Origin: Chrysomallon squamiferum
Taxonomy: Eukaryota; Animalia; Mollusca
Direction of reading: 5' to 3'
DNA: 64,000 nt
Assembly: GCA_012295275.1 (NCBI GenBank)
Contig: CM022672.1
Span: forward strand, 20,832,001 to 20,896,000
In this document: one piece after another, positions 26,647 to 40,593 of the stretch
How the letters are laid out: the number at the start of each line of letters is the position of its first letter
Position numbering within the stretch: position 1 is the stretch's first letter
Program-made: the position numbers and the translations under genes
Notes under the pieces: model-generated
The model's database searches: none
What the model saw: the letters and a program-made list of their open reading frames with translations, nothing else
Told to the model about the DNA's origin: nothing

Positions 26647-29600
26647 AAATACTTATCTTTTTATTTTTTAAAATTATTTTATATTATTAATTATTATATT
26701 TTCAATAAAACACTCATCGTTAAAAAACAAATTTAATGGCGAACTTACATATAACGTTTTTAAAAAGTCTACAAATAAATAAATAAACAGCAAAAAGCAA
26801 CTTACACAGACGAGAAGCTGAAAGTACATATGCGTACTCGTTCATAATAACGCACCTTCGATAACACACGTGTCTGTAAATAAACAAACAATCAGTGTAA
26901 TTTTGTGTGTGTTAAAAATATGTCCATCAAAATTTTAATCTCATTCACACACAAACACATACACACACACGGAATGACTAGCCTTCTATATCCCGACTTT
27001 TAAAAAAATTGAATACTAATTTCAACAGATTAAATTTAATTATATTTAGAAATATATTTCTGCTGAACTATAATGGTGCATCGACGTAACATATATATAT
27101 ATATATAAGCAAACGTAACATTTAATTTTGAAAGCAATTTCCATAATTTGTTACCAGAAGGTTTCAATCAAGTTTTTTTTTTTTTTGTTATATTCCATTT
27201 TTTTTTTCACTATTACTTTAAAATAATTAAATTTATGTTAATGATTCTTAATTCAAGCTATTATTTATTTATTTATCTATATATTATTATATATTTTATT
27301 ATAATTATCATGGATAACAAATCGTGAAAAATTTGAATTTGTATAACAACATATCCGACATATCCACAGGACTCATTTTAAAATTCGTACATAGGACCAT
27401 AATTATATATGATATATATATTTCATAAATTAAGGATCATCCAAAAAAACAAAAACAAAAACAAAAAAAAAAACATTTCAGTGGACGTTACTGTGACGGG
27501 AAAATACCTAATGAATCCGCCAAAAAGGGGCGATCCTACAAAATGCTATATAACATGTAAGTAAATAAATTAGTGAATGCTTAAAGCAAAAACAAAAATT
27601 ACACAAAAATTAAGTCTTGGTTAATATACACATTTATAATCAAAATCTTAAATAGAGGGCACCAAATGGTCTGTTGCTATGGGCTACAAAACGGGCAGCG
27701 ATGCCAGCGAAGAGACAAATCGTAAGATGACATGGCAGTTTCTAAAAACTGGTTATTATCCAGGTATTGCTTATTGATGACTAACTTAAACTTTAATGTT
27801 CAGGTAAACTGTAAAAGGACAATAGAGGATATGTTACATCATGTAGTTTATTTTTTACGAGTTGACAAATCAGTCTGCAACTAAATCTTGTTAAATGGAT
27901 GAACTATATTCGCATAAAATAAATAGTCATATCGAGTAGTAGGATTTTTTGCCAAAGCAAAAAGAAAAAGAAAGAAACAAAAAGTGACGTCAATAGGACA
28001 CTATCACAACGGCTAAAGGCCTTAAAGTTTTAGACAGCTGCTGAATAAGTAAGTAGGTATAAAATAAAATAAAAAACCCGAAACAAACACAACAAAAACA
28101 ACAACAAACAAACAAAAAAAAAAAAAAATATATACAAAACAAAACAAAAAAAAAAACCATTAAAAAAAAACAACAAAAAAATATGGTAAATACTGTTGCC
28201 ATTTGCTGAGTAGGTATTCTCCCAAAAGTTTTATAGTCAATAGTCATATGGTTAATAGCCATACAATTTGGTAAGCAGTCAAGCAGTAAGTAAGCTGGGC
28301 ACCCCAGTTTGGGGAATAATCAACTAGTTTTGGCAGTGGGCAGCATGCGTTCACGGTTACTTCAATTATGTGGAGATGTTGCTCTTAAATGGGAGAAGGT
28401 ATTTGACGGAGACATGTTCTGACAGTGGTTTCACAGGGCTGCCGGACTAGCTCTACTACCACAAGACAAAATTCAAGACGCATGGACTCGACACCAAATT
28501 TTCCTCGACAACTGGATTGATGATGATGCTCGCTTCCCCCTGCCGCTCTGAAACCACCATAAGACCAATTGGCCACGTACCAACAACAATCTGCATCAGT
28601 TGCAGCAGAGAGTCAAGGCGACCCGTCAGTTCTTAGATGCTGTAGGCCACTGATTTTCAACCTTTTTCATAACACGACCCCATATGAGCAACTCAGTATG
28701 ACCGATGACCCCTTTAAAAATTTTGATTCAAACATATCTAGGGTTACCATATTTTCATCAACCAAGGACAGTACAAAAGGAATCTATATTCACTGTGACG
28801 GGTCCGAAACCTATCTACACGTTTTTATTTATTCCTCCTTTGAAGTCAAGTTGAAAAAAGCCTAATTACAAATTCTACCCAGGACAGTAATCACATAACA
28901 TTTTCTACTTCAGGGTTCTCATCTTGTTGTTAACAAAAAAAAAAAACGTCTTGTTACTGCAGCGCACAACTTATAAACAAATTAGAAATATCTGCGTTCA
29001 GGGACTTTTATTATTCTACGTCCAGGTACTAAACGAAAGAGATGTGTCGACTTCCCGTGCCGACACCGTCTCTAGCAGGGCACCGATCAAAGAGATCTCG
29101 TTAAAAACGCGTGCCGACTACTTATATAACCATCGTGTAGGCGTCCTCTGCAGACAGCCTTTCTGAGATGAGTTTTCAACTTTAATGCCAGTTTTGAGTT
29201 TGTTAACCACAGTGCTTCTTTGTTTATAAAATAACGGAACTTCCCCTAATTATATAAATCAGCTTCTAAATAGCCCGTGTACGTCTGTATACGCTCTGCT
29301 ATTTAGTTTTTGTGTATTTACCATTTTCTGACATTAATTAGGTAAATATTTAAGAAGTGTAAAAATACAAATTTTAAACATGATTATACAAGATAGCTAA
29401 ATAAATATTACTGTAATATAATAATATACTTAAGATAAATTGTAGCAAACATTCTGCTTTAAATGGGCAAATAAAATTACGATTAAAAACAAGTCTGACA
29501 AAGAGGCACTAATGAGGCTCCGTCACAGTTGCCAACAAACAGTCAAGGAATACAATATCCGAAATAATGAGCAAATGTCAGTAGTATAATGTTTGTTTTG

Positions 29601-30411
29601 TCAGTCTGCTATCCAAATACTGGTTTACGAATTAGCGAGCTGTATAGCCTATATGAGGTGTAGAAGTAGTTAAAATCATTGCAATAAATGATATGAAATA
29701 ATATTTTTGTTTGTTTGTTTGTTTATTTGTTCTATTCCATTTCGACTTGTCGCAAGAATAATAACCCTATGTGACAGAACTAGCTAAATACCAGATAATT
29801 CTGAATGTCTTTCGTACAAAACAACAACCAAAAGAAAAAAAACCGTATCACCTTTCTGTGTTCACCATCTTTGTTGATAACTTGATACTGTACTTAGATT
29901 TTGAAACAGAAACAGTTGACATGCTTTTGGCTTGCATCTCGCCAAATCATACCTTTATAATTATTTCTTGAACTTAAGATACTTATTTCTAAACTCTTTG
30001 TTTTTAAATGCCTGATGCTTTGAAACTTTTAAAGCCTTATGACATACCCAATTTAATAAAATAATTGGAATGTTATTTATTATTCATTATTGTTAATTTT
30101 TGGGTGTATATATTTTTAAAAACTTACAGCAAAAATCAATTTAATTACATGACAGAGGCCCACTATTACATAACTTACGTTAGAGGCCCGCACTAGCTTA
30201 ATCCGACCCGTATAATTTTCAACTCTTTTGCTAGTCTGCCACAACAAACAAACAAACAAACAAACAAACTAATAAACAAACTAATAAACAAACTAATAAA
30301 CAAACTAATAAACAAACAAACAAATAAATAAATAACAGCTTACCCTGACCACCCATGAGCTAAAGCTAGAAAGGAGATCAAACACAGAAGTGAACAGATT
30401 TTCACGTCCAT
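24300..30411 (-). pseudogene. Copy D: deleted pseudogene of the same receptor family
   Basis: Exon 1 30344-30411 (MDVKICSLLCLISFLALAHGWS), exon 2 26806-26873 (68 nt vs 69 in copy B), exon 3 26290-26393 (CCKGWYG..CTV). Intron-3-like sequence then joins the last ~35 nt of the FN3 exon (24899-24934, GT donor intact), followed by post-FN3 intron sequence. Confidence 0.88.
28384..28720 (+). mobile_element. MULE transposase C-terminal remnant
   Basis: QWFHRAAGLALLPQDKIQDAW..FLDNWIDDDARFPLPL*NHHKTNWPRTNNNL, resembling the MULE FP..WN..RTNN motif. Confidence 0.7.
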
Positions 30412-30949
30412 CTTGATTTGATGTTTCCTCGAAAATTAATAAAGCTGTTTGGACCAGGAAGTTATCTGTCAAAGGATAAATCCATAGACAAAAAAAAAAA
30501 AAAAAAAAAAAACCTTCAACAAACAAGTAATAATAAAAGCTGAAATATGCCGGTGTACAAGAAGGAAGTATGTTACAGCTGCTTGATATGTCTGAGTGGT
30601 ATTAATACCTAAAATTGGGCTCGTCCCGTCTAAAGGGTAGCAGACTATTACAGCATCACGTAACAAGATGTTAATTATCTGAGACAGTTTAAACTACTAA
30701 ATGACTATTCTGTATCCACTAGAGAACAATAACACAAACAATAATTATATATATGTATATATATATATATATATATAAGTAGTTTACATAAATTAACCCT
30801 CAAGGGTAATATATCGTTAAATCGTACGATTCGTCGATACACTATAAAAGACAATAGCGTTGACAAATAATTCGGAGTCCACCCATTAGTCAGAACCCCA
30901 TTTATCAGACACCCACCAGACCCCATTTGTCAGACATTCAGATAATCTC

Positions 30950-31128
30950 TAGCCCATTGCCTATGTGAATAATGGGCACAGCCCAATAAAAATAACAGAA
31001 CTATAAGTCCGCATAACTTAATAATTTAATAATTTACATCCACATCCAGTGACGGACTCGAACGTATAGCACCCATTCGTCCGCAATCCGAATGCAGACG
31101 TTTTTACCGAGGTTAATTATCGCTTCCC
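30950..31128 (-). mobile_element. Probable tRNA-derived SINE
   Basis: Minus strand has a degenerate tRNA-like head with B box GTTCGAGTCC followed by non-tRNA body; no intact cloverleaf. Confidence 0.45.
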
Positions 31129-31324
31129 ACGAAGCACGCCGTTCTTTCTCTTTCGTCATTTCTGCGTGCATCTATTTTTTGCGGTAAACCTGGCACTGGC
31201 GAGTATATTATTTTCTGTCATATGTTCGTCTGTCTGTATACGTATATATTTATATGTGTTTTTATGTGTGTTTGTGTGTGTATGTATATCTATATCTATA
31301 TACACATATATATATATGTATGTG

Positions 31325-31355
<31 letters not shown>

Positions 31356-32029
31356 ATGTGTATGTATACATACACACACACTAGATTTTTTTATGCGTGT
31401 CTGACAATAGTTTATTAGAAGATAATATCTTGAAATGTGATACTAATAGGTAAGATGAAGATAATAAAGTATTAGGAATCTTAAATGCTCGTCTCGGTTA
31501 TTCTGTTTAGTTTCTATGTTTTGTCATTAGCAGCTTTTACTTATTTATTTTTTCTTCTTTCAGTCAGTATTCTCTGTTTTCTTTCTCAGTAATCAAATGA
31601 AGAAAGTCAGTAACGAATTCTTAGCCTGCTAATCAATGCAGACCACATATGATTATATATTTTATTTTGAATAAAAGCTGAAAAGAATGCTGCGTTTAAA
31701 TAATACCATGCTTCGTTCTGTTTCTTTAGTTATTTCTATTTCTATTCATTCTTTCCTTTTGTTCTTTCTTTAAGTTGTTCTATATTTTCTTTCTTTCTAT
31801 CCTTCTTTTTTTTCTTTCTATCTTTTCTATATTTTGTTTCCTTTTTTCATTCTTTCCTTCCTTCCTTCTTTTTTTTTTCGTATTTTGATTTCTTTATTAT
31901 TTATTTATGATATATTTTTAATCAGTTCATACACTCTGCTCTCCCTGATTGTTTATTTAAGCTTCTGTAATCGAATTTTCTTTCTTATCATTTTTATGTT
32001 TTTAATGTACTTGCTATGGACCTTCACCG

Positions 32030-32330
32030 CTCTGATCTTGTGTATTGTTCTCATTTCACTAACACCCTCGATTTCTCCCAGCAAAAGGTTTGCAACCAGT
32101 TTCGCCACCGCGTCCAGGTCCACTCGCCTACCAAAGTTAACTTCGGCTCTTGAAGCTGGCAGGCGGGGTACTGTGTGGCTTCGATGTCTGTGAAGTCTCT
32201 AATATAATCCCCTACTGTCGTACATCGTCCGGTACATGTCTTATCGGTACATCTCCAATAGATACCATTCGGGTGAACCTTATTTTTATTGAAGAGATAT
32301 CCCTGGCGCGTTCCTATCTGACAAGAGACA
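32030..32330 (-). mobile_element. FLYWCH zinc-finger remnant (MULE transposase N-terminus)
   Basis: GYLFNKNKVHPNGIYWRCTDKTCTGRCTT in ORF 32051-32359. Confidence 0.65.
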
Positions 32331-32416
32331 TACAAGTGATACGGCTGCAGTCCAGCCACAGGGACAGTACTGACACTTTGCCATACAATGATATATATAT
32401 ATACATACAGGGCACC

Positions 32417-34900
32417 GAATTGGAACTGGAACTGGAAAATCTTTAACGTACTATTCAGAGCGAGTTGTTGTGAAGCACGTCTTCGACAGGCACGCTTTCT
32501 GTCGCAGAAAAAGAGTTATGGGGAAGGAAAGAGAAAGGGATTCTCGTTACGATTGCAGGACACAAGAGAGTGTCCAGCATATCGAAACGTAACGAGCTGG
32601 TTGCGGTGTTTTGTTGTTTTCCGCTCGTTGTGGATGCGGGGTTTGTGTGGCTCGTTCAGTTTGTTGCTTTCATCGCCAGGTTCGTGAAGGTCAGGTCCTA
32701 TATGCTGTTCAGTTCTTGGGTGACATTTTCCTCTCCTTGCTGGGTGTTTCTTTATCATCCAGCTATTCCCAAAAATTTTTTTTTTTTTTTTTTCCAATCT
32801 TCTTTTTATTGGTTTAAAAAATATTATATACACATGAGCAACATCAATAATTAAAACAGTAATAGTCAATTTGTGCTGATCGTATTTACAAGTGTTGACA
32901 AACTTTCATTTGACCTATGTTAGGTTGTTTTATTTTTTATTTCCTCTTTTTCAGGCCTGAAATGATGTTTAGTTGTGCACCTGAACAGAATAAGAATATG
33001 AACGTAATTAACTTATTTACATTTATTATGTACAGTTTTAGGTTCCGATGACCTAGGTCATATAGTCTCAAAGAAAGGATTTTTTTGTTGTTGTTGTTGT
33101 TTTTTTTTTTTTGGGGGGGGGTAGATTAGTTTACTTAGCTAGTCAGTTAATTAGTCAATCAGACGATCCATCAATAGATCAATCAGCTGCTCAACTAATC
33201 AATCTGTCGTCTGTTGTGCCACCCCATAAGGTGTGGAAATCGCCAACTATAATTAGCTTATTGTTTGTTGTTATGATTTTGTTTAAATCATGGGTTTGGA
33301 TGGTATGTAGTGCGGGAGTGGGTGGGCTACATATATTAATTATGTCAATATTGTGGTTGTTGTTGTGTATAGTGAAGCTTAATATTTCAATGTAGGCATG
33401 GACTTTTCCCTGGTTCAGTTTACGTTTGGTATATCTTATTTGACGAGTGTAATGATGCCTCCTCGGGTACTACTGAATCTATTGACATAGTGGCTTTGAT
33501 ACCCGGGTATTTCTGGCATTTTTGACTGACATTTTGTATTATTTTATTTTCGCTTCTGTTGTTTTCAAAGCTGTTGTTAGCTTTTATTTTTATGGGACAT
33601 AGTTTTCCACCGCATAAACTGCTTGTCAGTGAATTTGGGTTGTGTCTGTGTGTGCACTTGTTTGTTGTGTGCCCCCATTTTTCACATGACCACACTTGGG
33701 TAACTGCGGCCTCATTTCTGTCATTTGATAGTTGTAGCCATCAATGTTGACCCGTTGTAGTGTTTGGTTTGGTACCAAATGTTAGTGTAGTCCAGCAGCA
33801 TGGATTTTTCCACATGTCTACACTAACTAATTTGGTTTTTGTTTGTGTGAATAGTTCCTTGTTGAACATCTCGAAGAAGTCATGCGTGTCTGCATACAGG
33901 TAATAATACCCTACATCTTTTGAGATGTATTTGTAAAGTGAGACTGGTGTAGTCTCACTGTTTTATTTGTTTGGGTTGTTGTTGTTATTGTGTGATTAGT
34001 ATTTTTCTTGGTTGTTGCTGCGTGTGTAATGTTTTCCTTTTTTGTGGTGTGGGAGTTTCCTTTGTTTGTTGGGTGTCAAGGATTAGTTTCGGCAATGCCC
34101 TGACAAGGAATACTTCATTCCTGATAGTTAAGCTGGGGCCTATTGTTTTTAAAGATCTGGAGTCAATTTCAAAATATATTTCTTTTGTCAGTGATGTTAA
34201 TTTGCTCTTCAATGAGATATCGTAGCTTTTTTTCGATATCTGTGGAGTTGTTTTCTTTTTTTGTGTACCGCTATGGTAGCGCGGCGTTGAATTTTTTTTT
34301 TTTTTTTCCCTTCTTATTGTTTCCCAGATATTTGTTTCATTCTCATTCTCGCTTTCTGTGTCGGTGTCGCGTAGACATGCAAATATGAGAAGAATTTTGT
34401 TGATCATTTTTTCTTCAGCTGTTTCGTCTGAGTCAGAGTGTGTGTGTTTTTTTCGTTACTTTTTTTTTCTGTCGCCTATTGCTTTTGTTTTTTCACTCTG
34501 AGTTAGGGCTTTTGTCCCTCAAACATTTGTAAACTCTAGTTTCCATTTCTGAATCGTCCGAAACGGCGCTGTTTATGTTCGTGTGTGTATTTGCCATTCT
34601 AACTAGCGTTATGTTTTTGTAATTGTTTTCTAAAAATTGTATTCTAAATGTATATACAAGTCTATATTAACTTTTAAAGGGTCTAAACTTTCGTTACTTA
34701 CTTTGAGACCGAGAGAAATAACAAAGTTATGTAAGTTATTTAAGACACCGGAATGCAAAGACAAAGAGAATGTGTAGAAAAAAAAAGGAGAAAAAAGAAC
34801 AAACAGTAAAAATAAGGAAAATAATAAGGATAACAACCAAACAAATAGATAGAAATAATGGAAATAAGAATCTAAATCTTAGAAGCTAAAAAGAAATAAA
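32417..34900 (-). mobile_element. Internally deleted, non-autonomous relative of the same LINE family
   Basis: Reverse complement matches the 5' UTR, ORF1 (ORFs 33985-34407 and 33420-33695, CEKWGHTTNKC), part of APE, then the 3' UTR; tail is (CCAGTT)n-like; RT and RNase H absent; 5' boundary approximate. Confidence 0.9.
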
Positions 34901-35659
34901 AATTAAAATAAAATATATTTAACTCTAACAACGTAAGTTGTAATCGCCATAGTCGTCAAGTTATAATCCATCCAATGTAACAACAGACATATAATTATTG
35001 AAAATTGTGACAGTTCGATTGCAATTAACACAAGGACCGCTATAGACTAAAGATGTCTTATCCCGAGTAGACTGATTGCGGCAATAATCCTGACAATAAA
35101 TAAAATGTCTAAGTACATTAATACGTAACGATATGAGCCGGCTCCAATTAATGGGTATTACAGTTACAACGCACTTGTCTGACCAGGAATAAACACTTCG
35201 GAACTCGGCTCATCTCTCTTTCATTTTTGAATTTAGACTGGACCCCATTGCTCCCAGACTGCACTCCCCAAAGTAATTCTACAGCAAAATAATAACCAAG
35301 GACAAATAATCACGGTTATAATACTATAGCTTTTTGTTTAAGAATTCCCATCAGCAGTCCCCAATCCTTATATCCTTAGTTTTTTGTATTTACCCCCATT
35401 TTTCTGAACTTAATTAGGTAAACATTTAAGAACTGTAAAAATATAATTTATAAACATGATTATACAAGATAGCTAAATAAATATTACCGTAAAACAATAA
35501 TATATTTACATAAAGTGTAACAGACATTCTGCTTTAAATGGGCATATAAAAACAAAGATTGTGTGAATATTATATAATTCACTGCATAGAAAACAAAATT
35601 ACAATTAAAAACAAGTCTGACAAAGAGGCATTAATGAGGTTCCGTCACAGTTTCTTTGC

Positions 35660-35783
35660 TGAATGCTTTAATATTTATTTACATTTGGTTTATCATATAA
35701 AAACATTTGCTAAAATTGTTTCTTTCAGTTACATAAAAAAAATGAGAGAAGGAAATACTAAGCATTTTCTATTACAAATTATG

Positions 35784-35821
<38 letters not shown>

Positions 35822-37330
35822 TGATGATGACAATAATGATAATGATGATGATGTGATTTTAATATTAATATTTAGTTATTAAAAAAGGATTTTAGATTAA
35901 ATGATCTTTCAGAATTAACAAAATTGTGTGTGTGTATATATATATATTGCAAATGCCAATTACACATACATTCTTGTGAACAAGAGATAAAATGCCTTTG
36001 CTCGTTTGATAACGTGGCTTGCAGTTAAGAGAACCCAGTGTTTGCAAGTTCATTCTAATTTAGAAATACATACTAGTTAAACTTAAGTTTTGTAGAAAAC
36101 AACAACATAATTGAATAAAGATGCTTGTTAGAAATCAGCAGTGGAACAAAAGTCATTGGTTACATCATATATGCGGTATTCGTAAACCATATATATGTTC
36201 AGAAGGAAGCCTGGAAAAAAACAACGTCTTACACACACACACACACACACACACAACACACACAAAAACACACAAACAACAACAACAACAACAAACAAAC
36301 AGACAGTGTTCCAGAAAGCCATATTAAGGTGTTACAAAACCTCTAATCACTCAGTAGCGTTCAGGATCTGTTTGCATTGATCACTGTTTGTACCCAACGC
36401 CTCATGCCCTGAATTAACCTTTGAACTGTTTGTTTTTGTTTGATTTGAACAAATCGACAGTTACCTCAGTCCCCAAACATGAACTAAATCGTCATTAACC
36501 CGTATTCATAATTTTACATTTATCTCACACACATACAAACTATCACGGATGTGTTTTTCAGTCAAGTGAAAACCGCTAAGAGTTCTAAGAGATATTTCCC
36601 AGCCTTGAGAAGATTTCTAAGCATCTGATTCGTGTGCACTGGTGAAGGATACTCATCTAAGCAGATTTCGATCTTCTCGAACAGATGCTGTTTTTGGTCT
36701 TGACGGCATTTGTTTATGGTTTTGTACCAATTTAGTGATACCCACGTGGTGATACCAAAGCTGTTTCGCATTAACCCTGCAAGACATCCCGCCATTTTCC
36801 ATTCCGTTTATTCTCATACTGACTATGCCTTGCCATTTCACAATATCATAGAAAACAAAATTGAATTATAAACTGAGGGAAAACGTCAAACCAAAGATGA
36901 TTTGTTAACTTATATGACAACATCATTTTGGTGCACTTGTTAACAGGCTGTAGATACATTGCAGAATGTATTTTTGTATGTACCTTCATTTGAATTTATT
37001 TTTGATTTTTCTTTAAACTCGAAACATTATTAACACAACAGATGTGCTCATTTTTTTGTACTAAGTATAATTATATCTGAGGGTTTATATTCTCCATGCT
37101 AGAATATCTTGAAATATGTTAGAATATCTTGGCTCTGTAGTTATTTAGCTCTTACAATTTTTGATTTTTATCAGGTCCTTGTTGAACAGAGTAAACATTA
37201 TAATACAGAAAAATCACATGATGCAAAGTGTGTAACTAAAACGATTTAAAATATTATTTTGAATCAGATATATGGTTTGGGGTATTGAAAGTTACTTATT
37301 TAAAAAATTAATGAGAAGAAAAAATCTAAA
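35660..37330. repeat. Segmental duplicate of 57370-58400 (spacer of the receptor array)
   Basis: Shared blocks TTGGTTTATCATATAAAAACATT, CACTGGTGAAGGAT..TCTAAGCAGATTTCGAT, TTTTTGTACTAAGTATAATTATAT, TGGTTTGGGGTATTGAA in the same order. Confidence 0.85.
36590..36952 (-). mobile_element. Tc1/mariner transposase N-terminal remnant; paralogous copy at about 57560-57730
   Basis: GMSCRVNAKQL..ITKLVQ..RPKTASVREDRNLLR resembles the Tc1 HTH / GRPR..T.REDR motif. Confidence 0.6.
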
Positions 37331-38677
37331 TATTTAATCCACGCTCTACATTATTAATTTCAACGATTTAAAGTTTTGTACATTTATCTCACATTTTACT
37401 GGCTAAAAATTAGTTGAAAACTTATCTTTCATTAAAAAAAATATTAACTAAGAAGAAAAATGTTCTAAATCCTTTTTAGTGACTAATATTATGGCTCATA
37501 TATTACTAAATGAAAATATTCATTACGTTGACTAATTAATCAGATAATGAATTGACTGTCAACTTTTAAAAATTAGTGAAAAGATCTTTCATGACTAAAA
37601 ATATATTTAGTCATGAAAGGGGGTATTTTTGTTGTTGTTATTGTTGTTCTTCCTTTTTGCGGAGGCAGTTGAGGGTTCCCGGTTATTTTGTACGGAAGAC
37701 ATTCAGAATTATCTGGTATTTAGTCAGTTCTGCCACATAAGGCTGACTTCTTGTGACAAGTCGAAATGAAGCTGAGTAGGGGTCGTATACGGCAATCACT
37801 TTAAAACTGAACTATCTTTGCGTTTTCTTTTAATGGCACAAATGGAATAAACAGTTATCAACGTATAGCCAGCTTACAGAGTTCTCAGCGTTGCGACAGT
37901 TGAACCCCAAGGCGCGCGTTACAATAATAAACCAAGAAAAGGATGAGAGAAACGATTCGAAACAGTTATTTGATGACATTTAACGGCCTCTTTTTAATGT
38001 TACCTGAAATTGCACTGCTCAAGAACAATTAACATTTGCATTCTTATCTAACACGATAAACATTCATTTATTCATTCATTACTTAGGATTCGCATGAATT
38101 ATTTCGCAGTGATACGCCAAGTCAAACGGGTATCTTGTCGTCTACTGATGTGTCCCGTCCAGGAACACTTCCGTCTTCTAACCAGTTCAGTCACATTCGA
38201 TTTTTCGGTCTCGTTATGTGATGACTAACATACTTTTTTTTATCTTTGTTCGGCTGCTGCTTTGTTCTTTTTCCGGTTTACTCAGTGAATATGTAGTGAT
38301 TTATTTTCGGAATGCTGATCTTTTTAAGAAGTGACTAAACGTGGCTTTAAACTATTTCAGATATTATATCAGCCATACATTAAATTTTATGTTGTATATA
38401 TTACGAAGGTAAATAATTTCTTTAAAATATCTAGGAATAATTATCAAGCTTTGAAACCTAATAAGAAGAAGAAGAAGAAGAAGAAGAAATATAATTAGTA
38501 TACAAACAAACAAACAAAATTAAATCATTACTTATAATATATTGCAATGATTTCAACTACCTCTACATCTCATATAGGCTATTCAGCTCTATTCGTAAAC
38601 CAACAGCCCACTATTTGGATAGCAGAATTACAAAACAAACATTTTATTACTGAAATTTTTTCGTTAATCTGGATTTT

Positions 38678-38795
38678 AGGAATAGGAATAGGAAAAAAAT
38701 TAACGTGCTAATCAGAGCAAGCTGTTGTGAAGCACGACTGCGACGGGCACGCTTTCTGACAGGTCAGCGGGCGTGTCCGTCGCAGAAATTATTTG
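38678..38795 (-). mobile_element. 5'-truncated copy (about 110 bp) of the LINE 3' end
   Basis: Near-identical to 8867-8976 including the CCTATT tail; TSD ATCTGGATTTT at 38667-38677 and 38796-38806. Confidence 0.9.
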
Positions 38796-39149
38796 ATCTG
38801 GATTTTTATTCTTTGGACTGTTTATATCCTATTAACTGGTTAGAAGAACATACAAAACATGTTTGCTAAGAGCATTTAATTGGCAGTTAAACTCACGTGA
38901 CATCAGTTTGTCTTTCTTAGTATCTTAATATTATAATATTAGCAATTACCAGACGTCTAAATCTAGTAATTTTAGAAGATATCGGATCGTTGCATTTTAT
39001 TTTATTTTTTTGGCTGTCGTTGCTTTTCAATTTTGGAAACAGCGAATGGCGTTTCTATTAACTGAGGTGCGTATAATAATGTTATGATCGCGGTACATAT
39101 AATATAACTATCGCAAAAAAATTAGCTGTCGTACGTACAATATCTTCGA

Positions 39150-39226
39150 CAGATGGCTTTGTCAGACATCGTGCCTTTCGCAGACGTACTTCACAACAGT
39201 TCGCTCTGATTATACGTTTAATTTTT
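39150..39226 (+). mobile_element. Older LINE 3'-end fragment
   Basis: TGTCAGACATCGTGCCTTTCGCAGACGTACTTCACAACAGTTCGCTCTGATTATACGTT resembles 8894-8952. Confidence 0.75.
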
Positions 39227-40543
39227 TCTGTCTGTCTAGCTGTAGAATATAACAGTCCTACATATGATGTGACCTATGTTAAAACTATATTCCGTAAAAT
39301 ACGCTAACGAGTATATACTTCAGAATATTTCTGTCGAACGTAATTTTTTTCAAATAAAACATATTTATATTTTATTTTTGTTTTCCAATTTTAATAGAAT
39401 GAAAATTACATTTCATCATATTATATGATCGTATTTATTTTTATCCTTTTAACTACTTACTTATTTTCCAGATTTCTAAAATTAAATTTATTTACTTAGC
39501 CGTTAGCCGTTGAAATAGTATCCTAACCATCTGACTTTTTTATTTTTTATTTAACAATAACATTCCCTTACTTGACATGTCTATTTATTATACATGTATA
39601 TAGTTTATCCATTTAACAAGAAGTATCTACAGACTGGTTTGTCAACTTGTAAAACATAAACTGAAATAAACTATATAATGCTACACATCCTGCTGTCACA
39701 CTCTGCTGTCCTTTTGTAGTTTACATGAACAGCGCCTAGAAAATAGCTTTCTCTAAACTGTCATCTTTTGTTATTAAAGTTAAGTTAAATCTGGAGTCCA
39801 TTCATCCAGTAAAAAGTAATACCAATAACCTGTTTTTAGAAACTACCATACTATGTCACAGTCACATAACTGGCATTGCTGCCAGACCTTTTATTTACGA
39901 TCTTATCTTGATTATAAATGATTATATTAACCCAGATTTAATTTTTTCTGCCAATGTTTTCAAAAAAAAAAAAAAAAATGATTGTTTCTTCCATTTTTTC
40001 AAAACAAAAAATGAAACATCTTGTAGGATTCACCCTTTTGGAGGACTGATTAGATATTTACTTACAACTATATAACATCTTCTAGTGACTGATTGTTGAA
40101 GACTGTTGTTTAAGAATACTCTCCTTTTTTTACAAGGACTTTTAATTTGTAAAATAATTTTAAAATCATTCAACCAACCAACCAATCAAACAAACAAATA
40201 AATTAATAAATAATTACGATCCGACGATACACTATAAAAGCAAATAGCGTCGATAAATAATACAAAAAACTAATTCACCCCAGTTGGTTACTTGATCTTT
40301 CTAAATAATGTTTTGGTTATTAAAATACGTTATCTTAGTTCTTAAGCGTAAGTACGTACCACAGAATAACACAATAAGAATTCAACAGTAATAGATTTAG
40401 CTATCTTCAATCACTCAACATGTATGTTACATATACAAAACGTTAAAACATAATTAACATTGCCTGAGGTGTCCTTTGTCTTCTGCAGACTGCTCTCAGA
40501 CAATGTGTCTCAAGAAGGGCACCGATCAAAGAGATCTCGTTCA

Positions 40544-40593
40544 AATGGTAAAGAATTTAACGTGCTAATCAGAGTGAGCTGTTGTGAAGCACG
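40544..40593 (-). mobile_element. 50-bp LINE 3'-terminal insertion
   Basis: TTAACGTGCTAATCAGAGTGAGCTGTTGTGAAGCACG flanked by TCGTTCA at 40537-40543 and 40594-40600; absent from the related repeat copy near 29080. Confidence 0.8.
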
